From: Octopus sinensis
Taxonomy: Eukaryota
Assembly (NCBI RefSeq): GCF_006345805.1
Contig: NW_021833920.1
Coordinates: 1-53,470, forward strand
DNA: 53,470 nt
Reading direction: 5' to 3'
Below the pieces are notes generated by a model, which ran no database searches, was not told where the DNA came from, and saw only the letters and a program-made list of their open reading frames with translations. Both the position numbers and the translations under genes were made by a program. This document shows, piece after piece, positions 38,012-50,200 of this stretch; the first letter of the stretch is position 1; each line of letters starts with the position of its first letter.

Positions 38012-39049
38012 ATAAAATGACGTAGCGTTTAACCAAACGAGATTGAGAAAACTATGTAGCATTTCAACAAACGTGATCGATAAAATGACGTAGCGGTTTG
38101 CCAAACGGGATCGTTACAATGACGTAGCGGTTCACCAATCGATAAATTGACGTTGCGGTTTGCCAAACGAAATCGATAAAATGACTTAGTGGTTCGACAA
38201 ACAAGATCGATAAAATGACGTAGCGGCTCGCCGAACGAGATCGATAGAATGACGTAGCGGTTCGCTAAACGATGTTGATAAAATGACGTAGCTGTTCGCC
38301 AAACAAAATCGTTAAAATGACGTAGCGGTTCGCAAAACGGTTTCGAGAAAATGACTTAGCGATTCGCTAAATGAGATCGATAAAAAAACCTAGTGGTTCG
38401 ACAAATGAGTTCGATAAATAGACTTTGGCGTTTGCTAAACAAGATCGATAAAATGACGTAGCGGTTCGCAAAACGTGATCGATAAATTGACGTAGCAGTT
38501 CTCCAAACGAGATCGCTAAATTGACTTTAAGGTTCGACAAACGAGATCGATAAAATAACGCCGTGGATCGCTACACCAGATCGATAAAATGCCGTAGTGG
38601 TTCCCAAACGAAATCGATAAAATGACGTAGTGATTCGCCAAATGAAATCGATGAAATGATGTTTTCGTTCGCAAAATGAGATCGATAAAATGACGTAGCG
38701 GATCGCCAAACGAGATCGATAAAATGACTCGCGGTTCTAAAAACGAGATCGATAAAATGACGTAGCGGTTCGACAAACGACACTGACAAAATGACTTAGC
38801 GGTTTGCCAAATGAGATTGTTAACATGACGTAGCGGTTCAACAATCGAGATCGGTAAATTGACTTGGTTGTTCGCCAAACGAGATCGATGAATTTATGTA
38901 GCTCTTTGTCAAACGAGATCGAAAAATGACTTAGCAATTCGTTAAACGAGATCGATAAAATGACGTAGCCTTTTCGCGATACGAGATATATAAAATGACG
39001 TAGCGTTTCGCTAAACCAGATAGATAAATTGACCTAGTTGTTCGCCAAA
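38012..39049 (+). repeat. 34-bp satellite, second array (~30 units; TGACGTAGCGGTTCG subfamily)
   Basis: Consensus AAATGACGTAGCGGTTCGCCAAACGAGATCGATA; same orientation as the main array. Confidence 0.95.
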
Positions 39050-40830
39050 GGCTGAAAACGTCCTGGGAAGTTCCGAGGTTTTTCTAACTTCCTTGAAAAT
39101 TGGTCGAAAACTTCGTGAAAAATTCCAAGGATTTCATGGAAAGTTCCGAGAAATGGGGAAAATTTGGTCAGAAACTTCCTTGAATGTCCCTAGGATTTCA
39201 TGGAAAGTTCCAAGGTTACCCCGACTTCTTGAAAAATTGGTCGGAAACTTCCGGGAAAGGTCCGAGGAATCCATGGAAAGTTCGGGGGATTCTCTCGACT
39301 TCATGGAAATTAGGTTTGAATCTGCCTGCAAAGCACCGAGGATTTCTTGGAAAGTTTCGGGGAATCCGCAAACTACATAGAAAATTGGTCAGATACTTCC
39401 TGGAAAGTTCCGAGGATTTCTTCGAAAGATCCAAGGATTCCACAACTTCCTGGAAAATTGATCGGAAAGTTCCTGGAATGTTCCGAGGATTTCATGGTAA
39501 GTTCCGATAATTCCCAACTTCCTGGCAAATTGGTTGGAAACTTCCCGGAAAATCCCGAGGATTTCATGGGAAGTTCCAGGGATCCCCAACTTCCTGGCGA
39601 ATTTGTTGTAAACTTCCCGGAAAATCCCTAGGATTTCATGGAATACTCCGGGGATTCCCTAACATCCTGGAAAATTGCTCGGAAAATTCTTGGAAAGTTC
39701 CAAAGATTTCATTGAAAGTTCCGGTTTTTCAGCCAACTTCCTGGCAATTTTCTCGGAAACCTGAAAATTCCCGAGAATTTCATGGAAAGTCCCGGGAATC
39801 TCCCAACTTCCTGAAAAATTGGTCGGAATCTTCCTGGAATATTCCGAGGCTTTCATAGAAAGTTCCGGGGATTTCATGAAACTTTCTGGGGATTCTCTAA
39901 CATCAGAGGAAAGTTCCGAGGATTTCATGGAAAATTCCGGGGATTCGCTCAACTTCTTGGATATTTGGTTGGAAACTTCCTGCAAAGTACCGAGGATTTC
40001 ATGGAAAGTTTTGAGGATTCCCAACTTCCTTGAAATTTGTCCGGAAACTTCCTGGATAATTCCGATGCTTTCACGGAAAGTTCTCTGACTTCCTGGAAAA
40101 TTGGTAGGAAAATTCCCGGAAACTTCCGAGGATTTAACAGAAAGTTCCGGGGATTCCGCCATCTTCCTGTAAATTTTGTCGGAATCTTGAAAATTTCCGA
40201 GGATTTCAAGGAAATTTCCGGGATTCTCCAAGTTCCTGGAAAATTGATCGGAAACTTTCTGGATAGTTCCGAGGACTCCATGGAACCTTCCAGGGATATC
40301 ACAACTTCCTCGGGAATTGGTCGGAAACTTCCTGGAATATTCCGAGGATTTCATGTAAAGTTCCGGGGAACCCCCAACTTCCTGGAAAATTTGTCAGAAA
40401 TTTCTGGAAAGATGCGAGGATTTAGGTGAAAGTTCCAGGGATTCCCATTCACTCCTGCAAATTCGACCGGAAACTTTCTGGAAAGTTTCGAGGACTCCCG
40501 AATCTCCTGGAAATTTTGTGGGAAACTTCATGAAAATTTCCGAGTGTTTCATGGAAAGTTCCGAGGATTCTCCAAGTTCCTGGAAGATTTTTCGGAAGAT
40601 TCCTGGATAGTTCAGAGGTTCCACTAAACATTCCAGTGATCTTCCAATATCCTCGAAAATTGGTCGGAATCTTCCTGGAAAATTCCGAGGCTTTCATTGA
40701 AATTTCCGGGATTCTCCCAACCTTGAAAATTGGTCGGAAAATTCCTGGAAAGTTCCGAGGATTTAACAGAAAGTTCTGGGGATTCCCGTGATTCCTGCAA
40801 ATTTGATCGGAAACCTAGAAAGTTTTCTTG
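39050..40830 (+). repeat. ~72-73-bp degenerate satellite (~24 units) built of three GGAAA-initiated subrepeats
   Basis: Approximate consensus GGAAAGTTCCGAGGATTTCAT-GGAAAGTTCCGGGGATTCCCCAACTTCCT-GGAAAATTGGTCGGAAACTTCCT. The GGATTTCAT-type anchor recurs near 39485, 39557, 39629 and 39702. Confidence 0.85.
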
Positions 40831-41210
40831 GATCATGATTCTAGCAGTCCGTTCACTAACTGTTTGAGTTGTCACGAGCCGACTTATTTGTCACCAAGTG
40901 ACTACTGTTTTTTTTTTCTAGAGGGTTCTTTCTTTTATAACTATCCAGAAGGATAGACATATTGTTGAGAACAATGGGCTTCGTTGGTGTTACTGTGATA
41001 TCTCTATTCTAGCATTTGGTGAAGCAGAAGAGGTTATAAGGGTCAAGTGGTGAAGACATTATTTCGGCCAAGCTAAGGCAATCTGGCAAATGTAAAACTG
41101 CTGTCACAGAAAAACTGTTGCTTTATTGTGAAAAAAGTTCTGTTGAACTATTAATTTAAATTTGGCTATGGTGGATCGAATCCACTTCATACCTGCAAGA
41201 TCCAACAAAT

Positions 41211-44200
41211 GTACAAGACTTACTAGGTATTTACCTTGTTCTGGCGTACCAACGGGAGCACCGGTCTCTGCACAAGCTACAGACTTACTAGGTATTTACC
41301 TTGTTCTGATGTACCTACGGGAGCACTGGATTCTGCACAAGCTACAGACTTACTAGGTATTTTCCTTGTTCTGATGTACCTACGGGAGCAGCGGATTCTG
41401 CACAAGCTACAGACTTACTAGGTATTTACCTTGTTCTGATGTACCTACGAGAGCACCCGATTCTGCACAAGCTAAAGACTTACTAGGTAGTTAGCTTTTT
41501 CTGATGTACCTACGGGAGCACCGGACTCTGCACAAGGTACAGACTTACTAGGTATTTACCTTGTTCTGATGTACCTACGGGAGCACCGGACTCTGCACTA
41601 GCTACAGACTTACTAGGTATATACCTTGTTCTGATGTACCTACGAGCGCACCAGATTCTGCACAAGCTAAAGTCTTACTAGGTATTTACCTTTTTCTGAT
41701 GTACATACGGGACCACCGGACTCTGCACAAGGTACAGATTTACTAGGTATTTACCTTGTTCTGATGTACCTACGGGACCACCGGACTCTGCACAAGCTAC
41801 AGACTTAATAGGTATATACCTTGTTATAATGTACCTACGGGAACACCGGATTCTGCACAAGCTACAGACTTACTAGGTATTTTCCTTGTTCTGATGTACC
41901 TACGGGAGCACCGGACTCTGCAAAAGCTACAGACTTACTAGCTATTTAACTTGTTCTGATGTACATACGGGAGCACCGGACTCTGCACAAGATACAGACT
42001 GACAAGGTATTTACCTTGTTCTGATGTACCTACGGGAGCACCGGACTCTGCACATGATACAGACTGACTAGGTATTTACCTTGCTCTGATGTACCTACGG
42101 GAGCACCGGACTCTGCACAAGATACAGACTTACTAGGTATTTACCTTGCTCTGATGTACCTACGGGAACATTGGATTCTACACAAGGTACAGACTTACTA
42201 CGTATTTACCTTGCTCTGATGTACCTACGGGAGCAGCGGATTCTGCGCAAGCTACAGACTTACTAGGTATTTACCTTGTTCTGATGTACCTACGAGAGCA
42301 CTGGATTCTGCACAAGCTAAAGACTTACTAGGTATTTAGCTTTTTCTGATGTACCTACGGGAGCACCGGACTCTGCACAAGGTACAGACTTACAAGGTAT
42401 TTACCTTGTTCTGATGTACCTACGGGAACACCGGACTCTGCACAAGCTACAGACTTACTAGGTATTTACCTTGTTCTGACGTACCTAAAAGCGCACCGGA
42501 TTCTGCACAAGCTAAAGACTTACTAGGTATTTACCTTTTTCTGATGTACCTACGGGAGCACCGGACTCAGCACAAGGTACAGACTTACTAGGTATATAAC
42601 TTGTTCTGATGTACCTACTGGAGCACTGGTCTTTGCACAAGCTACAGACTTACTAGGTATTCACCTTGTTCTGATGTACCTATGGGGGCACCGGACTCTG
42701 CAAAAGCTACAGACTTACAAGGTATTTACCTTTTTCTGATGTACCTACGGGAGCACCGGTCTCTGCACAAGCTACAGACTTACTAGGTATTTACCTTGTT
42801 CTGATGTACCTACGGGAGCACCGGTCTCTGCACAAGCTACAGACTTACTAGGTATTTACCTTGTTCTGATGTACCTACGGGAGCACCGGATTCTGCACAA
42901 GCTACAGACTTACTAGGTATTTACCTTGTTCTGATGTACCTACGGGAGCACCGGATTCTGCACAAGCTACAGACTTACTAGCTATTTACCTTGTTCTGAT
43001 GTACATACGGGAGCACCGGACTCTGCACAAGATACAGACTGACTAGTTATTTACCTTGTTCTGATGTACCTACGGGAGCACCGGACTCTGCACATGATAC
43101 AGACTGACTAGGTATTTACCTTGCTCTGATGTACCTACGGGAGCACCGGACTCTGCACAAGATACAGACTGACTAGGTATGTACCTTGCTCTGATGTACC
43201 TACGGGAACACCGGATTCTGCACAAGCTACAGACTTACTAGGTATTTACCTTGTTCTGATGTACCTACGGGAGCAGCGGATTCTGCACAAGCTACAGACT
43301 TACTAGGTATTTACCTTGTTCTGATGTACCTACGAGAGCACCGGATTCTGCAAAAGCTAAAGACTTACTAGGTATTTACCTTTTTCTGATGTACCTACGG
43401 CAGCACCGGTTTTGCACAAGATACAGACTTACTAGGTATTAAACTTGTTCTGATGTACCTACGAGAGCACCGGACTCTGCACAAGCTACAGACTTACAAG
43501 TTATATACCTTGTTCTGATGTACCTACGGGAGCACCTGTCTCTGCACAAGCTACAGACTTACTAGGTATTTACCTAGTTCTGATGTACCTACAGGAGCAG
43601 AGGATTCTGCACAAGCTACAGACTTACTAGGTATTTACATTGTTCTGATGTACCTACGAGAGCACCGGATTCTGCACAAGCTAAAGACTTACTAGGTATT
43701 TACCTTTTTCTGATGTACCTATGGGAGCACCGGACTCTTCACAAGGTACAGACTTACTAGGTATTTACCTTGCTCTGGTGTACCTACGGGAGCACCGGAC
43801 TCTGCACAAGATACAGACTGACTAGGTATGTACCTTTCTCTGATGTACCTACGGGAACACCGGATCCTGCACAAGCTACAGACTTACTAGGTATTTACCT
43901 TGTTCTGATGTACCTACAGGAGCAGAGGATTCTGCACAAGCTACAGACTTACTAGGTATTTACCTTGTTCTGATGTACCTACGGGAGCACCGGACTCTGC
44001 ACAAGCTACAGACTTACTAGCTATTTACCTTGTTCTGATGTACATACGGGGCACCGGACACTGCACAAGATACAGACTGACTAGGTATTTACCTTGCTCT
44101 GATGTACCTACGGGAACACCGGATTCTGCACAAGCTACAGACTTACTAGCTATTTACCTTGTTCTGATGTACATACGGGGGCACCGGACTCTGCACAAGA

Positions 44201-47200
44201 TACAGACTGACTAGGTATTTATCTTGTTCTGATGTACCTACGGGAACACCGGATTCTGCACAAGATACAGACTGACTAGGTATTTACCTCACTCTGATGT
44301 ACCTACGGGAGCACCGGATTCTGCACAAGCTACAGACTTACTAGGTATTTACCTTGTTCTGATGTACCTACGAGAGCACCGGATTCTGCACAAGCTAAAG
44401 AGTCACTAGGTATTTACCTTTTTCTGATGTACCTACGGGAGCAACGGACTCTGCGCAAGGTACAGACTTACTAGGTATTTACCCCTTTCTGATGTACCTA
44501 CGGGAGCACCGGACTCTGCACAAGCTACAGACTTACTAGGTATATACCTTTTCTGATGTACCTACGGGAGCACTGGTCTCTGCACAAGCTCCAGACTTAC
44601 TAGGTATTTACCTTGTTCTGATGTACCTATGGGGGCACCGGACTCTGCACAAGCTACAGACTTACAAGTTATTTACCTTGTTATGATGTACCTACGGGAG
44701 CACCGGTCTCTGCACAAGCTACAGACTTACTAGGTATTTACCTTGTTCTGATGTACCTACGGGAGCAGCGGATTCTGCACAAGCTACAGACTTACTAGGT
44801 ATATACCTTATTCTGATGTACCTACGAGAGCACCGGATTCTGCATTGGCTAAAGACTTACTAGGTAGTTAGCTTTTTCTGATGTACCTACGGGAGCACCG
44901 GACTCTGCACAACGTACAAACTTACTAGGTATTTACCTTGTTCTGATGTACCTACGGGAGCACCGGACTCTGCACTAGCTACAGACTTACTAGGTATATA
45001 CCTTGTTCTGATGTACCTACGAGCGCACCAGATTCTGCACAAGCTAAAGTCTTACTAGGTATTTACCTTTTTCTGATGTACATACGGGAGCACCGGACTC
45101 TGCACAAGGTACAGATTTACTAGGTATTTACCTTGTTCTGATGTACCTACGGGACCACCGGACTCTGCACAAGCTACAGACTTAATAGGTATATACCTTG
45201 TTATAATGTACCTACGGGAACACAGGATTCTGCACAAGCTACAGACTTACTAGGTATTTACCTTGTTCTGATGTACCTACGGGAGCACCGGACTCTGCAA
45301 AAGCTACAGACTTACTAGGTATTTACCTTGTTCTGATGTACCTACGGGAGCACCGGACTCTGCACAAGATACAGACTGACTAGGTATTTACCTTGTTCTG
45401 ATGTACCTACGGGAGCACCGGACTCTGCACAAGCTACAGACTTACTAGGTATTTTCCTTGTTCTGATGTACCTACGGGAGCACCGGACTCTGCAAAAGCT
45501 ACAGACTTACTAGCTATTTAACTTGTTCTGATGTACATACGGGAGCACCGGACTCTGCACAAGATACAGACTGACAAGGTATTTACCTTGTTCTGATGTA
45601 CCTACGGGAGCACCGGACTCTGCACAAGCTACAGACTTACTAGGTATTTTCCTTGTTCTGATGTACCTACGGGAGCACCGGACTCTGCAAAAGCTACAGA
45701 CTTACTAGCTATTTAACTTGTTCTGATGTACATACGGGAGCACCGGACTCTGCACAAGATACAGACTGACAAGGTATTTACCTTGTTCTGATGTACCTAC
45801 GGGAGCACCGGACTCTGCACATGATACAGACTGACTAGGTATTTACCTTGCTCTGATGTACCTACGGGAGCACCGGACTCTGCACAAGATACAGACTTAC
45901 TAGGTATTTACCTTGCTCTGATGTACCTACGGGAACATTGGATTCTACACAAGGTACAGACTTACTACGTATTTACCTTGCTCTGATGTACCTACGGGAG
46001 CAGCGGATTCTGCACAAGCTACAGACTTACTAGGTATTTACCTTGTTCTGATGTACCTACGAGAGCACTGGATTCTGCACAAGCTAAAGACTTACTAGGT
46101 ATTTAGCTTTTTCTGATGTACCTACGGGAGCACCGGACTCTGCACAAGGTACAGACTTACAAGGTATTTATCTTGTTCTGATGTACCTACGGGAACACCG
46201 GACTCTGCACAAGCTACAGACTTACTAGGTATTTACCTTGTTCTGACGTACCTAAAAGCGCACCGGATTCTGCACAAGCTAAAGACTTACTAGGTATTTA
46301 CCTTTTTCTGATGTACCTACGGGAGCACCGGACTCAGCACAAGGTACAGACTTACTAGTTATTTACCTTGTTCTGATGTACCTACGGGAGCACCGGACTC
46401 TGCACAAGCTACAGACTTACTAGGTATATAACTTGTTCTGATGTACCTACTGGAGCACTGGTCTCTGCACAAGCTACAGACTTACTAGGTATTCACCTTG
46501 TTCTGATGTACCTATGGGGGCACCGGACTCTGCAAAAGCTACAGACTTACAAGTTATTTACCTTTTACTGATGTACCTACGGGAGCACCGGTCTCTGCAC
46601 AAGCTACAGACTTACTAGGTATTTACCTTGTTCTGATGTACCTACGGGAGCACCGGTCTCTGCACAAGCTACAGACTTACTAGGTATTTACCTTGTTCTG
46701 ATGTACCTACGGGAGCACCGGATTCTGCACAAGCTACAGACTTACTAGGTATTTACCTTGTTCTGATGTACCTACGGGAGCACTGGATTCTGCACAAGCT
46801 ACAGACTTACTAGCTATTTACCTTGTTCTGATGTACATACGGGAGCACCGGACTCTGCACAAGATACAGACTGACTAGTTATTTACCTTGTTCTGATGTA
46901 CCTACGGGAGCACCGGACTCTGCACATGATACAGACTGACAAGGTATTTACCTTGCTCTGATGTACCTACGGGAGCACCGGACTCTGCACAAGATACAGA
47001 CTGACTAGGTATGTACCTTTCTCTGATGTACCTACGGGAACACCGGATTCTGCACAAGCTACAGACTTACTAGGTATTTACCTTGTTCTTATGTACCTAC
47101 GGGAGCAGCGGATTCTGCACAAGCTACAGACTTACTAGGTATTTACATTGTTCTGATGTACCTACGAGAGCACCGGATTCTGCAAAAGCTAAAGACTTAC

Positions 47201-50200
47201 TAGGTATTTACCTTTTTCTGATGTACCTACGGCAGCACCGGTTTTGCACAAGATACAGACTTACTAGGTATTAAACTTGTTCTGATGTACCTACGAGAGC
47301 ACCGGACTCTGCACAAGCTACAGACTTACAAGTTATATACCTTGTTCTGATGTACCTACGGGAGCACCTGTCTCTGCACAAGCTACAGACTTACTAGGTA
47401 TTTACCTAGTTCTGATGTACCTACGGGTGCACTGGATCCTGCACAAGCTACAGACTTACTAGGTATTTACCTTGTTCTGATGTACCTACAGGAGCAGAGG
47501 ATTCTGCACAAGCTACAGACTTACTAGGTATTTACATTGTTCTGATGTACCTACGAGAGCACCGGATTCTGCACAAGCTAAAGACTTACTAGGTATTTAC
47601 CTTTTTCTGATGTACCTACGGGAGCACCGGACTCTTCACAAGGTACAGACTTACTAGGTATTTACCTTGTTCTGATGTACCTACGGGAGCACCGGACTCT
47701 GCACAAGGTACAGACGTACTAGGTATTTACCTTTTTCTGATGTACCTACGGGAGCAACGGTCTCTGCATAAGCTACAGACTTACTAGGTATTTACCTTGT
47801 TCTGATGTACCTACGGGAACACCGGATTCTGCACAAGCTACAGACTTACTAGGTATTTACCTTGTTCTGATGTACTTACGGGAGCACCGGATTCTGCACA
47901 AGCTACAGACTTACTAGGTATTTACCTTGTTCTGATGTACCTACGGGAGCACCGGACTCTGCACAAGCTACAGACTTACTAGCTATTTACCTTCTTCTGA
48001 TGTACATACGGGGCACCGGACTCTGCACAAGATACAGACTGACTAGGTATTTACCTTGCTCTGATGTACCTACGGGAACACCGGATTCTGCACAAGCTAC
48101 AGACTTACTAGCTATTTACCTTGTTCTGATGTACATACGGGGGCAACGGACTCTGCACAAGATACAGACTGACTAGGTATTTATCTTGTTCTGATGTACC
48201 TACGGGAACACCGGATTCTGCACAAGATACAGACTGACTAGGTATTTACCTCACTCTGATGTACCTACGGGAGCACCGGATTCTGCACAAGCTACAGACT
48301 TACTAGGTATTTACCTTGTTCTGATGTACTTACGGGAGGACCGGATTCTGCACAAGCTACAGACTTACTAGGTATTTACCTTGTTCTGATGTACCTACGA
48401 GAGCACCGGATTCTGCATAAGCTAAAGACTTACTAGGAATTTACCTTTTTCTGATGTACCTACGGGAGCACCGGACTCTGCACAAGGTACAGACTTACGA
48501 GTTATTTACCTTGTTCTGATGTACCTACGGGAGCACCGGTGTCTGCACAAGCTACAGACTTACTAAGTATTTACCTTGTTCTGATGTACCTACGAGCGCA
48601 CCGGATTCTGCAAAAGCTAAAGAGTCACTAGGTATTTACCTTTTTCTGATGTACCTACGGGAGCACCGGACTCTGCGCAAGGTACAGACTTACTAGGTAT
48701 TTACCCCTTTCTGATGTACCTACGGGAGCACCGGACTCTGCACAAGCTACAGACTTACTAGGTATATACCTTTTCTGATGTACCTACGGGAGCACTGGTC
48801 TCTGCACAAGCTCCAGACTTACTAGGTATTTACCTTGTTCTGATGTACCTATGGGGGCACCGGACTCTGCACAAGCTACAGACTTACAAGTTATTTACCT
48901 TGTTATGATGTACCTCCGGGAGCACCGGTCTCTGCACAAGCTACAGACTTACTAGGTATTTACCTTGTTCTGATGTACCTACGGGAGCAGCGGATTCTGC
49001 ACAAGCTACAGACTTACTAGGTATATACCTTATTCTGATGTACCTACGAGAGCACCGGATTCTGCATTGGCTAAAGACTTACTAGGTATATACCTTTTCT
49101 GATGTACCTACGGGAGCACTGGTCTCTGCACAAGCTACAGACTTACTAGGTATTTACCTTGTTCTGATGTACCTATGGGGGCACCGGACTCTGAACAAGC
49201 TACAGACTTACTAGGTTTTTACCTTGTTCTGATGTACCTACGGGAGCACCGAACTCTGCACAAGCTACAGACTTACTAGGTATATACCTTGTTCTGATGT
49301 ACCTACGAGCGCACCGGATTCTGCACAAGCTAAAGACTTACTAGGTATATATCTTGTTCTGATGTACCTACGGGAGCACTGGTCTCTGCACAAGCTACAG
49401 ACTTACTAGGTATTTACCTTGTTCTGATGTACCTATGGGGGCACCGGACTCTGCACAAGCTACAGACTTACAAGGTATTTACCTTGTTCTGATGTACCTA
49501 CGGGAGCAAGAGTCTCTGCACAAGCTATAGACTTACTAGGTATTTACATTGTTCAGATGTACCTACGGGAGCACCGGACTCTGCACGAGCTACAGACTTA
49601 CTAGGTATATACCTTGTTCTGATGTACCTACGGGAGCACCGGTCTCTTCATAAGCTACAGACTTACTAGGTATTTACCTTGTTCTGATGTGCCTACGGGA
49701 GCACCGGTCTCTACACAAGCTACAGACTGACTAGGTATTAACCTTGTTCTGATGTACCTAAGGGAGCACCGGATTCTGCACAAGGTACATACTTACTAGG
49801 TATTTTCCTTGTTCTGATGTACCTACGGGAGCACCGGACTCTGCACAAGCTACAGACTTACTAGCTATTTACCTTGTTCTGATGTACATACGGGAACACC
49901 GGACTCTGCACAAGATACAGACTGACAAATTATTTACCTTGTTCTGATGTATTTACGGGAGCACCGGACTCTTCACATGATACAGACTGACTAGGTATAT
50001 ACCTTTTCTGATGTACCTACGGGAGCACTGGTCTCTGCACAGGCTACAGACTTACTAGGTATTTACCTTGTTCTGATGTACCTACGGGAGCACCGGTCTC
50101 TGCACAAGCTACAGACTTACTAGGTATTTACCTTGTTCTGATGTACCTACGGGAGCACCGGTCTCTGCACAAGCTACAGACTTACTAGGTATTTACCTTG

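Noticed and set aside
37475-38025. Lys/Arg/Glu-rich ORFs resembling a protamine-like or basic protein
   Set aside because: A 22-bp T-poor unit is open in all three plus frames. The starts are non-ATG and there is no codon-phase constraint.
38012-39049. CENP-B box-like TTCG...CG(A/G)G in the 34-mer
   Set aside because: The spacing is 5 nt between TTCG and CGRG, against the 7 nt required by TTCGNNNNANNCGGG.
40908-41053. Possible exon after a T-rich CTAG acceptor (43 open codons, RVLSFITIQKDRHIV...)
   Set aside because: It is short, has no recognisable homology or partner exons, and could not be validated without RNA-seq or a similarity search.
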